A DNA stretch of 63,755 nt, the filler included, from Octopus bimaculoides (Eukaryota): the NCBI RefSeq assembly GCF_001194135.2. It is 5 parts of 4 records of this genome, joined end to end, with 100 filler letters (N's around TTAATTAATTAA, not from the genome) between each part and the next. Parts side by side here need not be neighbours in the genome. Positions count along the whole stretch, not along the records: positions 41,349 to 62,429 come from NC_068988.1; positions 62,530 to 63,755 come from NW_026356919.1; 3 more parts are not named here. One strand, 5' to 3'. Below the pieces are notes generated by a model that was given only the letters and a program-made list of their open reading frames with translations, was not told the DNA's origin and ran no database searches. Made by a program: the position numbers and the translations under genes. Numbering within the stretch: position 1 is the first letter of the stretch; each line of letters starts with the position of its first letter. Shown here piece after piece: positions 49,804 through 63,431 of this stretch.

Positions 49804-50924
49804 CATATATATATATGGACACACACACATTTACAGTGGTGTAGTAGGATGTGCAGTGTGCGCATGTCGCACAGGGCGGCAGTGAAAACCCACGCCAAGC
49901 CCATTGCACACAGTTGCGTATATATAAGCGCGTGTCTGTGCTCATGTCAATATTTATGTTTGCACTGGCCTTAAAACTGGTATTGCTTAATCCATGTCAC
50001 TTTACGGTCTCGGAATCTAGCAGTTCGACAATATAATGATCGATGAAATAAGTATAAAACTGAAATAAGCACTAGGATCAACATGATGGACTAAAAGTGT
50101 TAAAGGTAGATTCAAAATGTAATGACAACTATTGTAACTATGTAATTATAAATAATGAAACAATAGAAAAGTCAATTGACCTTTTAAATGGCTTTGAGCA
50201 ACTCACGAACAGATGGTGTAGCGTTAGAAAATATTAGTGGCAATACTTACAACTTCGTGTTATTAATGTTGCACATTAAATATTTATAGTTGCGAAAAAT
50301 CTGAAATGGAAATGTTTCTATAGATATTTCTTTTGTGACAATTGAAGAATATTAGATTACATGTTCTATCTAATTCGAGGCGTATCCTAATCGATATTTG
50401 GTATAAGGGAGACTGTCATTTCTCCATAATATTTGGTGGGATTAGAAGTTAAGAAATAAGGATGAAAAGTAATCGAATATTCATTTATAAATTTTTCTTA
50501 CTTATTACAAAAATATTAAAATTTCTGATCTTAGGTGATCATGTATAGCTCCATTTCATTCTTATTAGAACTCATCAGCGTGGCATAACCCGAGGTAAAG
50601 TAATTAAACGAAACGAGTAATTTCTTATAGAATATAAAACCAGACTCGAGAGCCCCCCACCACCACTATTCGTTAATTTAGTTTTTTACATTTTGCATAT
50701 CAAAAACTAGTGACATGAAAAAGTTTTGATCTCATGTCTTTTCCAAGGGCGTTAGAGAAACGAATGAAATGACTTGTTTTTAGTCAGAAATCGAAATACT
50801 TTTGATGCCTCAGTTGTTTAAGAATCTATATTGTACTTTTCAATTCTTCTTTCTAGACATTAAATCGACACAAAACCACACAGATAGGAGTTTGTGGGCA
50901 TTTACCATTTATCCTTGACGTCTT

Positions 50925-51031
50925 TCTAGCGTTACATTGCGGTCATATTGGGGCACCACCTTAAACTTCTAATTTACATGTACATAAATAAATCCACACC
51001 AGTTGTCAAGCGATAGTGGGGACAAACACAA

Positions 51032-51070
<39 letters not shown>

Positions 51071-51082
51071 NNNNNNNNNNAA

Positions 51083-51128
<46 letters not shown>

Positions 51129-51286
51129 GACTTGCTTCCATACAGTTTCCATTTATACAAAATATTCACTCATAAGGCATTAGTCGGCCCAAGGATATAG
51201 TAGAAGACACTTTCTCAAGGTACCGCGCAGTGAGACTGAACCCGAAACTATCTGGCTGCAAAGTGAGCTTCTGAACTACGCAGTCA
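50925..51286 (-). mobile_element. SINE family A, diverged
   Basis: Reverse-complement match with (CA)n linker. Confidence 0.75.
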
Positions 51287-52527
51287 TAATTGCTACTATG
51301 TAAGTCCTAAGCTTTGAGTCTTTTTGTAAGAAATATCATTAAATCGGTAACGTGACTCATTCTGTAATTTAGGGCGCCGAATTTAAGGGAAAAATAAAAC
51401 AAACATGGACATAATTGTTTTCTGACTTACTCTCGTTCGTAATATAGGGCCAGCCATGTTTCTGGTAATTTAAAACGACAAAACAAAACAAAACAAAAAA
51501 ACGAAAAATAAAATGGCGCAAAAAACAAACAAAAAAACCCCCAAAACACAATCAGTACAGTTGATAACGTGATAAAGCCAGCCGAGAATTCTTATTCAAT
51601 TTCAAATTTCCGGTTGTGTCCTGTTTACCTAATTTATGCAATTATTTTATGTAATTAATTTATGTAATTAATCTTTGTGATTAATTTATGTAATGTCCAT
51701 GAGCGTCACAATATCCCAATGTTCCCTTCACCTAAAATGTAGGACTTTAATGAAGAGTGGAAAGAACTGGTATTAATCGATATATGTAACATAAAGTATA
51801 AATTAAGATGTCAGATTGTTAGATTAGATTTCCATATGGGGGTATAATCACACAATGTTTATTTAGGTGGTTTTGCAATTCCAGAGAACCGAGCTAACTT
51901 TACAAGCTTTCGAAATTTATTGATTATTAGCTTTCAGCAGCGGAAACAGCATCTGTAACGTGTATGAGTTAGCACATCTAACTTAACTTAGATGTGTTGC
52001 TTTGAATGCCGGAGGTTGTGGTAATCCTTCTGAGAAATCATCTCGTATTGACGTTAAGTGCTATAAAAAGAACAGATTACTTCGTCAGACGTAAAATTTC
52101 GTCATCATCAGACGATGTGACTGTTGTATCACGTGATTTAAGTGTAGACTGTGCTTGCTCAGCAACAGACGCTCTACCACCGAATCTCAGATCGAAACTC
52201 CGTCAAACTGATGTAGTCAGTGGTGTCGTAAAAAGCTGGCGGGTTGTGTATAAATTAGGAATGAGAAAAACGAAAGAAGAAGCATTAAGCTAAATGAATT
52301 CAGAGTTGCATTCCTTCGGCCCTGTTATCATATATATACACATAAATGTATGTATACTATAATACACACATACGTGTGTGTATATATTTGTGTGTATATA
52401 TATGTATATATATATGTATCTATAATATCTGTATCTATGTCTGTAACTATATCTATATCCATATCTGCATCTATCTATCTATCTNNNNNNNNNNTATGTC
52501 TGTAACTATATCTATATCCATATCTGC

Positions 52528-52595
<68 letters not shown>

Positions 52596-53403
52596 CTCTA
52601 TCTATCTGTGTGTCTGTGTGTCTGTCTGTCTGTCGTGTTAGTGCTTGTGTATGTACAATGATTAAGAGTTTACATTTAACTCAATAAACATTAATCATTC
52701 TTATTTATATTGTACTCTTATTACAGTTCTTTCTTCCTGCAGTTATTCGTAACAATTACAACTACTCTAATATCATATTGGAGACTCGCATAAGTAATTA
52801 TAATAATATAACATGCTTGATAGGATCTACTGAAACACATGCTGTTCATAATGGTATATTTATTATATGAACAATGAGTAGAAATACAATGGTTTCTCTC
52901 GGATTAAGGTTTTTAGACAGCTCTTAATATAAGATACGATGAGTGGTTTGCATAATGATAAAATTTGAGCGATAAACCTAATTCTTTGAGAAGATGCATC
53001 TGAAGTGCCTTAGCTGACCATTCATAGAAAATGGCGGCTTTATTGAATGGACAGAAAGTGGATTTTGAGTGTTTCAAAGCTGATTTTATTAAACACAATG
53101 GTTGAGTAGATATAATGGTGACATTTATGCTGTGACTTTATATTCGTTTGTTGTTAGTGTAGAAAGCTCCAAGTCAACTTCAGCTGAACAGACCTTCCAT
53201 CAGATGTGTTCATGTCATGATAACTTCCTCGTTTTGTCAGGATAGGACTGCATTCCTCATAATGGTTTTCCCCTTTTCAAACGATAGAGAGTAATCTGAG
53301 GGAGATTTGACTGCCATTTCTAATCGGTCTCACCACCAGGTATAGACCTCCTCGTCGGTTTGCATATATGAATGGTGTGCACAATTTCATTTTATTTGAT
53401 TAA

Positions 53404-54001
53404 AGCTTTAGCATTTAAACAGGGCATAACAGGCCCAACTATTCTACCCGTTTTATGATCAAACCAGCCAGATCTGGCCTTTCATACTTAGCCTACAATG
53501 CCATTCTAAAAATGAAGAATCACATCATCGAAATCTCGAAGCTACGAGATAATGTACGATTAATTCAAAACAATGTGAATAGGCAAGTGCTTTATTCTAT
53601 AGCCCTGGGTCGACCAATAACTGGTGTGGCTGAATTTGGTAGACGGAAATTGCGTTATATATATGTTATATATGTGTGCGTGTGTGCGTGTGTGCGTGTG
53701 TGCATGTGTGCGTGTGTGTATTTGTGTATCTATGTGTTTAGGTTTGCCACCCACCACCGGTTGTCAACCCGTGTTGGTTTGTTTACCTCCCCGCAATATA
53801 ACGGTTCAGCGTAACAGATTGATGGAATAAGTAACAGTCTTAAAAAGAGAAATATTTACTGGGGTCGATTTGTCTGACTAAAACCTAATATGGCGGTGTC
53901 CCAGCATGGCCGCGGTCCAATAATAGGCACAAGAAAAAAAGATGGAAGATAAAGGATCAAACTAAACATGCTATTTCGCAGAATGATCTAAATGCTAAAG
54001 G
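53404..54001. mobile_element. piggyBac-type MITE (family 2) with nested SINE A (about 53580-53950)
   Basis: TTAA at 53400-03 and 54002-05; TIRs GCTTTAGCATTTA / TAAATGCTAAAGG. Confidence 0.7.
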
Positions 54002-54299
54002 TTAAGTCGTTCCCTCCAAGAATTACATTTCTTCGAGGCGTGTAGCTTTTTTCCTCATTCAATACTGAAATAATTAATTTCGAAAATTAATCTCTGTAGC
54101 CTGAATCAATCTTTCTGATCATATGGTTTCGAAAATACTATAATGGCTTAAGGACAGCCGTCTCATTCTTGATTAACAAATTATACAATGGAACTTTTTC
54201 GTTACAAACTGAGTGGAAGGTCGCGTATAATTACCTAGGGGCGTTTGAAAATACTTTTCGAAAGAATATACTTGAGGAGTGAAGCAAAAATATGGTTAT

Positions 54300-54465
54300 G
54301 AAGGCGCGTGGCCTAGGGGTTAAGGTGTTACAACGATGATCTTGCGAACGTGGCTTCACTTCTCGGCCCGAGCAGTGAGTTTTCTTTTTGAGCAGAACGC
54401 TTCTGTCCACATTGCTCAAATACAACCAAACCGTAAATGAGTAATATGTGATGGACTGGCGTCTT
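54300..54465 (+). mobile_element. SINE family C head/core, diverged
   Basis: GAAGGCGCGTGGCCTAGGGGTTAAGG...TTGAGCAGAACGC..CACATTGCTC. Confidence 0.55.
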
Positions 54466-54694
54466 CTTTTGAGATGGTGTTATTATTTAGGTCACTTATA
54501 CTATGGCTTCTAGAACTCGAAACAGTACTTGCATTGCATTCATCCTACAGAGGTAATTTCCCCACGAAAATGGACATGTACTACTGATAGAATAAGTACT
54601 AGGCTTACAAAGAATAAGTCCTGGGGTCGATTTGCTTCGACTAAAGGTGGTGCTCCAGCATGGCCACAGTCAAATGACAAACAAGTAGAAGAGT

Positions 54695-54823
54695 AACTGG
54701 TTCTTATTTTATCGACCTCGAAAGGATGAAAGGCAAAGTCGATCTCAGAGGAGTTTGAACTCAGAATGTAAGGAGGGACAAAATGGCGCTAAGCATTTTA
54801 TCTGGCGCAGTAACGATTCAGCC
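54695..54823 (-). mobile_element. SINE family B fragment
   Basis: TTTTATCGACCTCGAAAGGATGAAAGGCAAAGTCGA..TTTGAACTCAGAA. Confidence 0.8.
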
Positions 54824-55389
54824 AATAATTATTACCAATGATTCAAACTCTTTGGAAGAAGCATGTATAATTATTGAAACTGAATTTAATAAAAATATAT
54901 TAAATCTTCATTTACATTACATTTCATAAATTAATAGCCATATCAACTCAAATCTAATAAACTGTTATATGATTTAATATATTTTTTTAAATGTATGTTT
55001 AATTATCTATTTAAAGTTAAAATATATCAACTACCATTTTAATAATTCTGTGAGGAAATTAGCTGAGTGTAATCATTAAATTGTGATTTCATTTAGATAA
55101 TAACATCTTAAGAAATAAGTATAGACTGCAGGATCGGCAGAACATTCATCAAAATATCTTTTGTAATATATTTACATGTCCTAATGTTCCGAGTTCAAAT
55201 CATACCTGAGTCTATTTTGCCTTTCAAATTCCTGGGGCAAATAACATATTTACTACATTGCTCTCATAAATTTAAGGCCTTTTTTGTAAATGAATAAAAA
55301 TACATCGCAGTTAGAGAAGACAGTACTACAAATAAGAGATAAGCACTTGTTGAAGGGAGTTGAAGGGAGTCTGAAAGAGATTTCCTGAT

Positions 55390-55830
55390 TATAGGCGCAG
55401 GCGTGGCCAAGTGGTAAGAAGTTTTCTTCCTAACAACATGGTTCCGAGTTCAGTCCTACTAGGGCCGATCAAAGCCTTGTTTGTAGATTTGGTAGACGGA
55501 AACTGAAAGAAACTTGTCATATACATACATATATACATACAAATACACACGCACATAGACACACGCATACATATCCGTGTACACACACGCACACACACAT
55601 ACGTCTGTGTGTATCTTTGTGTTCGTGTTTGTGCTCCACCACTGCTAGACAACCAGTGTTGGTGTGTTTACCATTCCGTAATTCAACGGTCGACAAAAGA
55701 GACCGATAGAATAAGAAGCAGGTTTAATAAAAGAAAATAATACTAGGATCGATTCATCTGACTAAAATTTCTTTAAGGCGGTGCCCCAGCATGGCCGCAG
55801 CCTAATGACTGAAAAAAGAATAAGTATACG
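55390..55830 (+). mobile_element. SINE family A with internal deletion
   Basis: AGGCGCAGGCGTGGCCAAGTGGTAAG head; family A tail. Confidence 0.8.
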
Positions 55831-55930
55831 ATAAAGAAAAGGATAAAAGAAGCATAAGAAATCTTTGATTTAAAGAAAAATTAAAAGAAAGAAATTTTAC
55901 TCAAACAACAACAACAACAACAACAACAAC

Positions 55931-55994
<64 letters not shown>

Positions 55995-56640
55995 GTAATA
56001 ATAATAATAATAATAAAAGAAATGAAATAGAAGCAGAGGTTGTATTTATTAGCGTAAGAAGGTAGCTTTCATTTTCACTACCGAGAAAAAATTATCAGTG
56101 TGGATTCCTGGCAGACGATTCTGTCCTTTGCCATAGAGGCGAACAACTAATCAACTAACATATTACACTCTTAATATCCTTTAGATATACGTAAAACGAG
56201 GTCTAATTAATAACCATAATGAATTATTGATCTGTTGTCTTCATCAATTCAATAAATCCCTCTTGAAAATTCTGTTTAGCTAACTGACCTAATTTACTGA
56301 CAGCGTTCTTATACTGTTTTATTCCGAATTTACCATACGTGATTCTATTTACAATGACCTCTACATTTTAATTATTCCCACTTAAATATTTTCCCCGTAT
56401 AACTAATCTTTATTTCTTAACAAATGATTTAATTTGAACTCTTATTGATCTAATTATATCGAACCACATTTCTTGTGGCGATCTCATAGCTTTATTTTGT
56501 TCTATATCTCTGTTCAAATCTTATTTGCATCTCAATTTTCCTTTATTTTATGTCTTCCTCCTATTAATCCCATTTCCAAGAATATAGAGGTAGACCATCG
56601 CTTCTTTGAAAATGCCCACCTCTTTGCTTATCTCTCCACT

Positions 56641-56746
<106 letters not shown>

Positions 56747-57834
56747 AAGTCTACCAATTAGTTCCCCTGGCGGTTCGCAGTAGATCTAACGAATGGAACT
56801 AAGGCGACACTTTGTCTTCATAGTCCCTTCGCCAGAATCTTTCTCTGATAATGAGACAACTTCATTCAATTTATTACTTTGACATTATAAACACCCTCAC
56901 CTCATTATAGTTACTTGTCTAATTCGTCTATGTATGTTAGTATTGCATTTACGTTCAGTCGAATTGAGAAAGTTGGTGGAAGATTTCAGTTAATATATAA
57001 TTTTGTATAAACTAATTTATTTGTGTACTCTAATATGTTGCCTAATATAACATCTCCACTAATTATCGAAACGGTCGTAACTGAATAATAAATTTAATAC
57101 CGCCATCTCTATTCCTTTGTTTGCATTTGTCTGCAATGGGTTACTTAAGGAAGGTGGTATAACTAGTAAAGAGAAGGAATGGCTGTGTTTTGGTTATATA
57201 TACAAAGATACATACAGAAGCTCCATTAAAATATGCATTGTTAATGACAACAGTTTTTCATATTTTTTATTGGGCAAAACGTTACGAAACGCAATTTGGC
57301 TTTACTTTTTCTATTAAAAAAATCTTCACTTCAAATTCATTACTTCAACTGGCATCTTGAAAGTCGTCAAACTCTAAGAGTAACTATAATAGTTACGATA
57401 TAAATCAATTATAAGAAGTAATTATTGAATACATTTCGAAAGCCACTTGACTTGCTTGGAAACACACGTCTGTTATTACTCTGATGGGCCGCTTTGTTAA
57501 TGCATAAAATATCCAATTAGAGGGAAACTTTTAATTCTATAAGTGTTCGTTGCTGCTGTTCTTGTTGACAATTGCAATATTAGTATCATCATCGTTATTA
57601 ATGTTAATGTTGATGTTTTTTTTGTTTATAACGATGTGATTCTTGTTATAATGATTCTGTTATGTGGTGAAAAGTGTCTGTAGAGAAACGTATCACTTTA
57701 TGCTTTAATGCACTTAAGAGTGAGCGAAAGACACACCAATCTATTTTCAGTAGAACGTAACATTTGATTAAGAAACGGAAAAAAGTATATTGATATCGCT
57801 GATGATGGTGTTGATGATGATGATGACGATGATG

Positions 57835-57894
<60 letters not shown>

Positions 57895-58482
57895 TCAAGA
57901 AAAAGAACGATCTTTAATTGCCACATGGAAACCAATAACTTAACAACATCGAATGCATTGTTCTAAATTAAAACTAAAACGTAATACAGTTATAATACGA
58001 TATAAGAAAAGAAGCGAGTTACGTCATATACAAATTAGACAAAAAATAGTGAAGAGAAATAACTGAGAGTGATTAGTGACACGTATATGAACAACATAGA
58101 CAATATAGGACACACATAGGAACAACATAGACAAATACAGGCATATCAGATACCATAAAACATATAATTCTTGATTTATTAAAATTATTTCCACCTCTAG
58201 AGGATTTGTCTGAATTACCAAATGACAACTGAGACCAGCTCCACTTAACAAAGGGACATAATATCAAGTTTCAAGATGAAGAAAAAGTGCAGCCTTATTG
58301 ACGCTTCAGACAATAATCCTGTTCTTTTCCTTCATGGGTTGTCATCTTCGGAAATTTCTTTGACATTCTTTCTCCTGCTCCTATAGAGTCAGTCTCTCTT
58401 AATCGGAAATGATTTTTAATAAACCAAGACTTTATACTACATGGTATGTAACATACCATGTAACAATGTAAATTCTTTACAC

Positions 58483-58546
<64 letters not shown>

Positions 58547-60443
58547 CATTATTAATGCTTATGGTTTCCTTTCAATTAGAATTTCCGATTTGTTTCCCTT
58601 GATCTTTGTCAAGAATTATTACTAACGCTATTGATTATTTCCATTACGAACGTAATTTTGATTGACTAATATCTTTTGGACTCCCTGCAATATGTTTGCT
58701 GGCCCCCATTTAATATAATGTAATATCCATTAGTCTCCCGCTAGCTTCATTCCATTCTGCAGAGTCCCATCAAGTGCCTGATGTGTTGCTCAGCAGGTAG
58801 TCTTTTTCAAACTTGGTTTTTAGTTCTGTAACTATTCCAGTTATTCATTAAATGTTCTAATATGATGAAGCGTCATGCTTTGTTAGCAGCTTGTTAATTG
58901 CTTGATATAATATTTTAATAATTCCAATAAACTTTTGTTGTTTGTTTTATTCTGTTTATGTAACCATTCTGTATTTGCTTTAGCAAAATCGTTCCTTCCA
59001 TTTTATCAATGAGTAAGCATTCATACGATATAAAACTATTCAATCATTAATTAACCTCCACCGACTTGAAGTTTCAAATATTGTGTATGATTTTATATTC
59101 AAATTCGTTTCTTTCTCATCTTAATATGATCGTTAACCTGATTAATAATATTCTGGACTGTCTTTTAGACAATGAAGAAAAGATGTAGTGCTATAACACC
59201 GATTTACATCCTCATTGTAAGATAACGATCGTATGTTAGAGTGGAAACGAAGTCGAATAAGTTGCTGAATTCATGATGGAGATTGCTAATGCTACAAACT
59301 TTGTAAGTGTAACATACTATCGAATTCTTCGCTTGATAAAAATGCTACCTTGCAAACAACACATCCAAAACATGAAAAGAATTGAGATTTATCGATTAGT
59401 TTATTTTGGATTTTCATAGGTGATTTTCCAAAATATATGATAAAAACGAAAGCTTATCAGCTATTGAGTGTTGCCGTGTAAAAGTGGTTCGTTTGAAGTG
59501 AATCAAGTTTCTAGGATGAAAGCAACACCTAAAACATTGTCTTCTAACATTGATACAACGATTGCTATTTTGGTATGGATCAATCGAGCATTTCATATCA
59601 TCGATGTTATTAAATCCTGATTAGTTGTTGCAGCTTTAGTTATTCCTCTTTGCTCATCATCATACTACTAACAAATGTTGACATCTGTTAGTTGTATATT
59701 AGTTTACAACGACTATACGTCATACACTTGACTCTTATTTTAACATTTTTTTTGGTATTCGATTTTATCAACACAGGGAGTAGCAGGAGCTTGTTTCTTT
59801 TCCTCCGATGTAAGACAGCCTATGACATTTATGATATCTTTTAATAGAATATCGATTATAGACACAGCAGGTAATTATACTGATATAAACTAGATCACTT
59901 ATTCCTTGTAACTGTTCGTCTTATTTCTGATGGTGTTTACATTTTAATGATGGAAATGTAATCCCCTTGTTATTTATACGGTTTATTGTGAAAACTCGAC
60001 CTGTTCTTTAGTGGGGTGAAATTCTGACTTTTGAAATTCTGACTTACGAAAGGTAAGTCTACTTCGACGGAATTTGAACACTGAACGTAAAGTCGGATGA
60101 AATGCTATTAAGAATTTTGCCCAGCTTGCTAACGATTCTGCCAGCTTGTCACCTTGATAGTATGTAATTATTGGATTAAAAGACCCTTTAGATAGAAAAA
60201 GACATAGACTGCTTAGGTGACGTTTACCGAAAATGTGGGTTCGAGTCCGACGGGCATCCTTCAACTTTTTCTATCCGAAGGTTTTTTTAAACCCGATATT
60301 TATTTACTATTATTTATAGCTTCATCTACTTCGAGTTTCACTGTTAAAAATGAATTATATTTTTATATTTCTTCTGGCAGTGATTTCTTCCTCTATATGG
60401 CTTTATATATCGTTTTAACAACACTCCTACGACACTTTAATGT

Positions 60444-61525
60444 CGATCAGAACTATTATTGCAAATGCAAATTTATTTTGTAATGCAACTCAAAGTCATG
60501 AAAATATTTAAAGAAAAGGAAACAAATACAACTGAATTATATATTTTGATCAAAGAACACAATATCAACTTATAAAGTGTGTCGCATACGACACAGATAA
60601 ATAATGGGGCAGCTGCTGATCACACGGATAATGTCTTCCATAATTATTTGGCGAAAGAGACATTTTCAGTCGCTTCAGCTGATGGTCATTAACTATTTTT
60701 TTGCTCTTAAATTAGAAAGTAAAAACCTTCAAATTGTGACGCTATGTAACAGTCACGAGTTAGGGAGATGTTATATTTTCTATCGATGTTGACAAAGACT
60801 TTCGTATGTTGATATGTAGAAGGTTTCTTCGCTAAATGTTTGAAAGATATGTATCTCCAAGAGTTCTCTGGATTTCTGGAATATTGTAGACAACTTTGCT
60901 CCTGCTTCGTAAAATGTTGCTCCCAGTTTTAAAGCCTTTTCTCCTGCTTTCTATATCATAAAGCCCGTCGATATCCTTTACAGCTGATGACAGGATCTGT
61001 CGGTTTTTAATATCAATATAATGAATTTTAATTTTCTCTCTATTCCAGTCAAGTATCTTATTGAATGCATTTTTTCAAAATGTATCATATCGTATGTACA
61101 CCTCATAATTGTGTTAGTGTAATCTAATAACATCGTTGATGTGTGAATCACAATGCTTCTAAAAATATTTATGCTTTAAAAAAATTCTGAATTGATCGAT
61201 CATAACAATTGCTCATCAAATATATACAGTCTATGAATAAAAATGAAACACAGAAAGAAAATATTTAGAAATTCAGGTAAACTTATATTTAATCATGGAA
61301 ACTGAGCTTGTGAAATAGTTTATTTGTGTTCATTTTAAATTATATTACTCACGTTATTTGCTTTAACCTACTGTATTCTAAAAGATCATAAATCAAATAA
61401 GTTGATATTGTGTTGTTTGATCAAGATATATAATTCAGTTGTATTTGTTTCCTTTTCTTTAAATATTTTATAACTTTGAGTTGCATTACAAAATAAATTT
61501 GCATTTGTCATAATAGTTCTGATCG
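60444..61525. mobile_element. Putative non-autonomous DNA transposon or foldback unit with ~130-bp inverted repeats
   Basis: 60444-60573 is the reverse complement of 61397-61525 with few mismatches; no TSD found. Confidence 0.55.
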
Positions 61526-61734
61526 TTGCTGACCTACAAAGCTTAAGTAAGCTCACATTGAAGAATTACTTGCATATCTATAACATTAATACCGTTACAT
61601 TCATTAACGCTGTAGACTACATTCAAAAGTAAGGCATCAAACTGACTAGCAACATATGCATTCACCAACACACTACAGGTACTGTTATCTCCTTCTACAT
61701 TCTCTATCGCTACTACCACGGCTTAGGCTTTTGA

Positions 61735-61980
61735 ATGCATATGCCGAGTCGTTACTTCTCATTGAGAGGTCACAGTTCTATTACTACGGACATGTGATCA
61801 AAATGTCACAGGAAACAATCACAGGACAGGTTTTTCAAGTTAACCGGCAGGAGACTTAGGAATAGACTAAGAACGAGATAGTTTGATAATATTCATAGAG
61901 TCAGTTGGTCACGCTTGGGAATCAAACCGGAAAGTGTAATGACAGTTGCTTCTGATAGGACCTATGGAGAAGTATCTGGG
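61735..61980 (+). mobile_element. RTE LINE (second family) C-terminal fragment
   Basis: ESLLLIERSQFYYYGHVIKMSQE..., then degenerate SWSRLGIKPESVMTVASDR. Confidence 0.75.
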
Positions 61981-62420
61981 GACATGCTTGCGGCGCCGGG
62001 CACGTAATTATTGCACCGGTCCCGTTCTTATGGCCACGAGCACGTACTTACGGCCCTGGGCATGTACTTGTGACCCCAGGCGCGTCGTTACCGCCCTGGG
62101 ATCGTTGTTGCGACGCCAGGCACCTTCTTGTGCTCCAAGGCAGGTTCTTGCGGTTCCAGACACGTTCAAGCAGCCCTGGACACGTTCCTGCGGTTCCAGG
62201 CACGTTATTGCGTCCCCAGTCACCTTCTTGCCGCACCGGACACGATTATGCGGCTTCGGGAACGTTTTTGAAGCGCCGAACAACTTCTTGCGACGCCGAC
62301 CACGTTCTTGCAACCCTGGGCACGTTCTGGCGGTTACAGGCACGTTATTGCGTACCCAGTAACGTTCTTGCGGCTTCCGGAACGTTTTAGCGATGCCGGG
62401 CACGTGCTTGCGACCGGGGC
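61981..62420. repeat. CpG-rich 20-bp minisatellite, 22 units
   Basis: Units in exact 20-bp register, consensus about CACGTTCTTGCGNCNCCRGG. Confidence 0.92.
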
Positions 62421-62429
62421 AGTAACTAC

Positions 62430-62529
62430 NNNNNNNNNNNNNNNNNNNNNNNNNNNNNNNNNNNNNNNNNNNNTTAATTAATTAANNNNNNNNNNNNNNN
62501 NNNNNNNNNNNNNNNNNNNNNNNNNNNNN
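62430..62529. other. Artificial scaffold-join linker
   Basis: N44-TTAATTAATTAA-N44. Confidence 0.95.
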
Positions 62530-63431
62530 CATAATTTTAATAAGCTTGCTCAAATATTATAAACCTTGTTTCTTGGTAAATCAGACAGCAGTTTCTCTTT
62601 TGACCAGAAGCACATTCAATTAGAGTTCCCTTTATAATTACAGTGACCTCCGTGACAATTACAATATGGNNNNNNNNNNNNNNNNNNNNNNNNNNNNNNC
62701 CAGCCTTGGTGAATTATATGAAAAATAACTATAACAGAACTGTGAGAGTATATGGCCATTGTCAGACAGATTTTGGCAAAAGAATACCTATACCGAATTA
62801 TTCACAATGTACAAGTAAGTAAAATCCTCCTTGTTTCTGTTGTTCTTTTATTATTAACACAAAGAAAATTCCGGTCATTCTCAGCAGCTCGTGATGTAAT
62901 GTCTTACGAAACAGGACCAACAGATACAAATATGAAGAAATAGACGTTTTGCCATCCATACGCTTCACATCCACACATTCTCTTTAATGCACCTAAGGAG
63001 CCAACTGTATCACACAAACCCTAATCGACACACACACACATACACAAGCATACATATATGATACATACACACAACAGCGCACGCAGGCATGAATGGGCGT
63101 TCACATACACACACACATGTACCGAGACACACACTCTTTCTAACTCATCCTCTCTCACATACATTCTCACTCACATCCGTACGACTACATAAGCATAGAA
63201 CCAAAATATAAGACAGACATTGAACAGGTCACGAATGGCGACAAAATGTCTCAAACCGCCATAACTGGTTGAGGGAATAATTGCTTAACAAATGATTAAC
63301 AAAGTGACGAATAATAAAGAAGTGAAATGAACAAGTGCGTGCGTTTATTATTGGCATAATGACCTTCCCGACGCACAACAAATGCTCTAGCATTCGATCC
63401 TCAGAAAAGGACAGCTTGGTAAAAGAATCTA

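Noticed and set aside
52420-52545. Direct duplication around a 10-N gap (also 51030-51125)
   Set aside because: Near-identical sequence on both sides of a minimal gap indicates unmerged contig overlap.
60205-60270. tRNA gene (GGTTCGAGTCC B box)
   Set aside because: No complete cloverleaf or A box found; likely a degenerate SINE head. All other A/B boxes in the window belong to SINEs.
61946-62403. Four overlapping 106-138 aa ORFs on both strands
   Set aside because: By-product of a stop-poor GC-rich 20-bp repeat whose period is not a multiple of 3.
61981-62420. CRISPR-like array
   Set aside because: Contiguous diverged units with no unique spacers, no cas genes, eukaryotic context.
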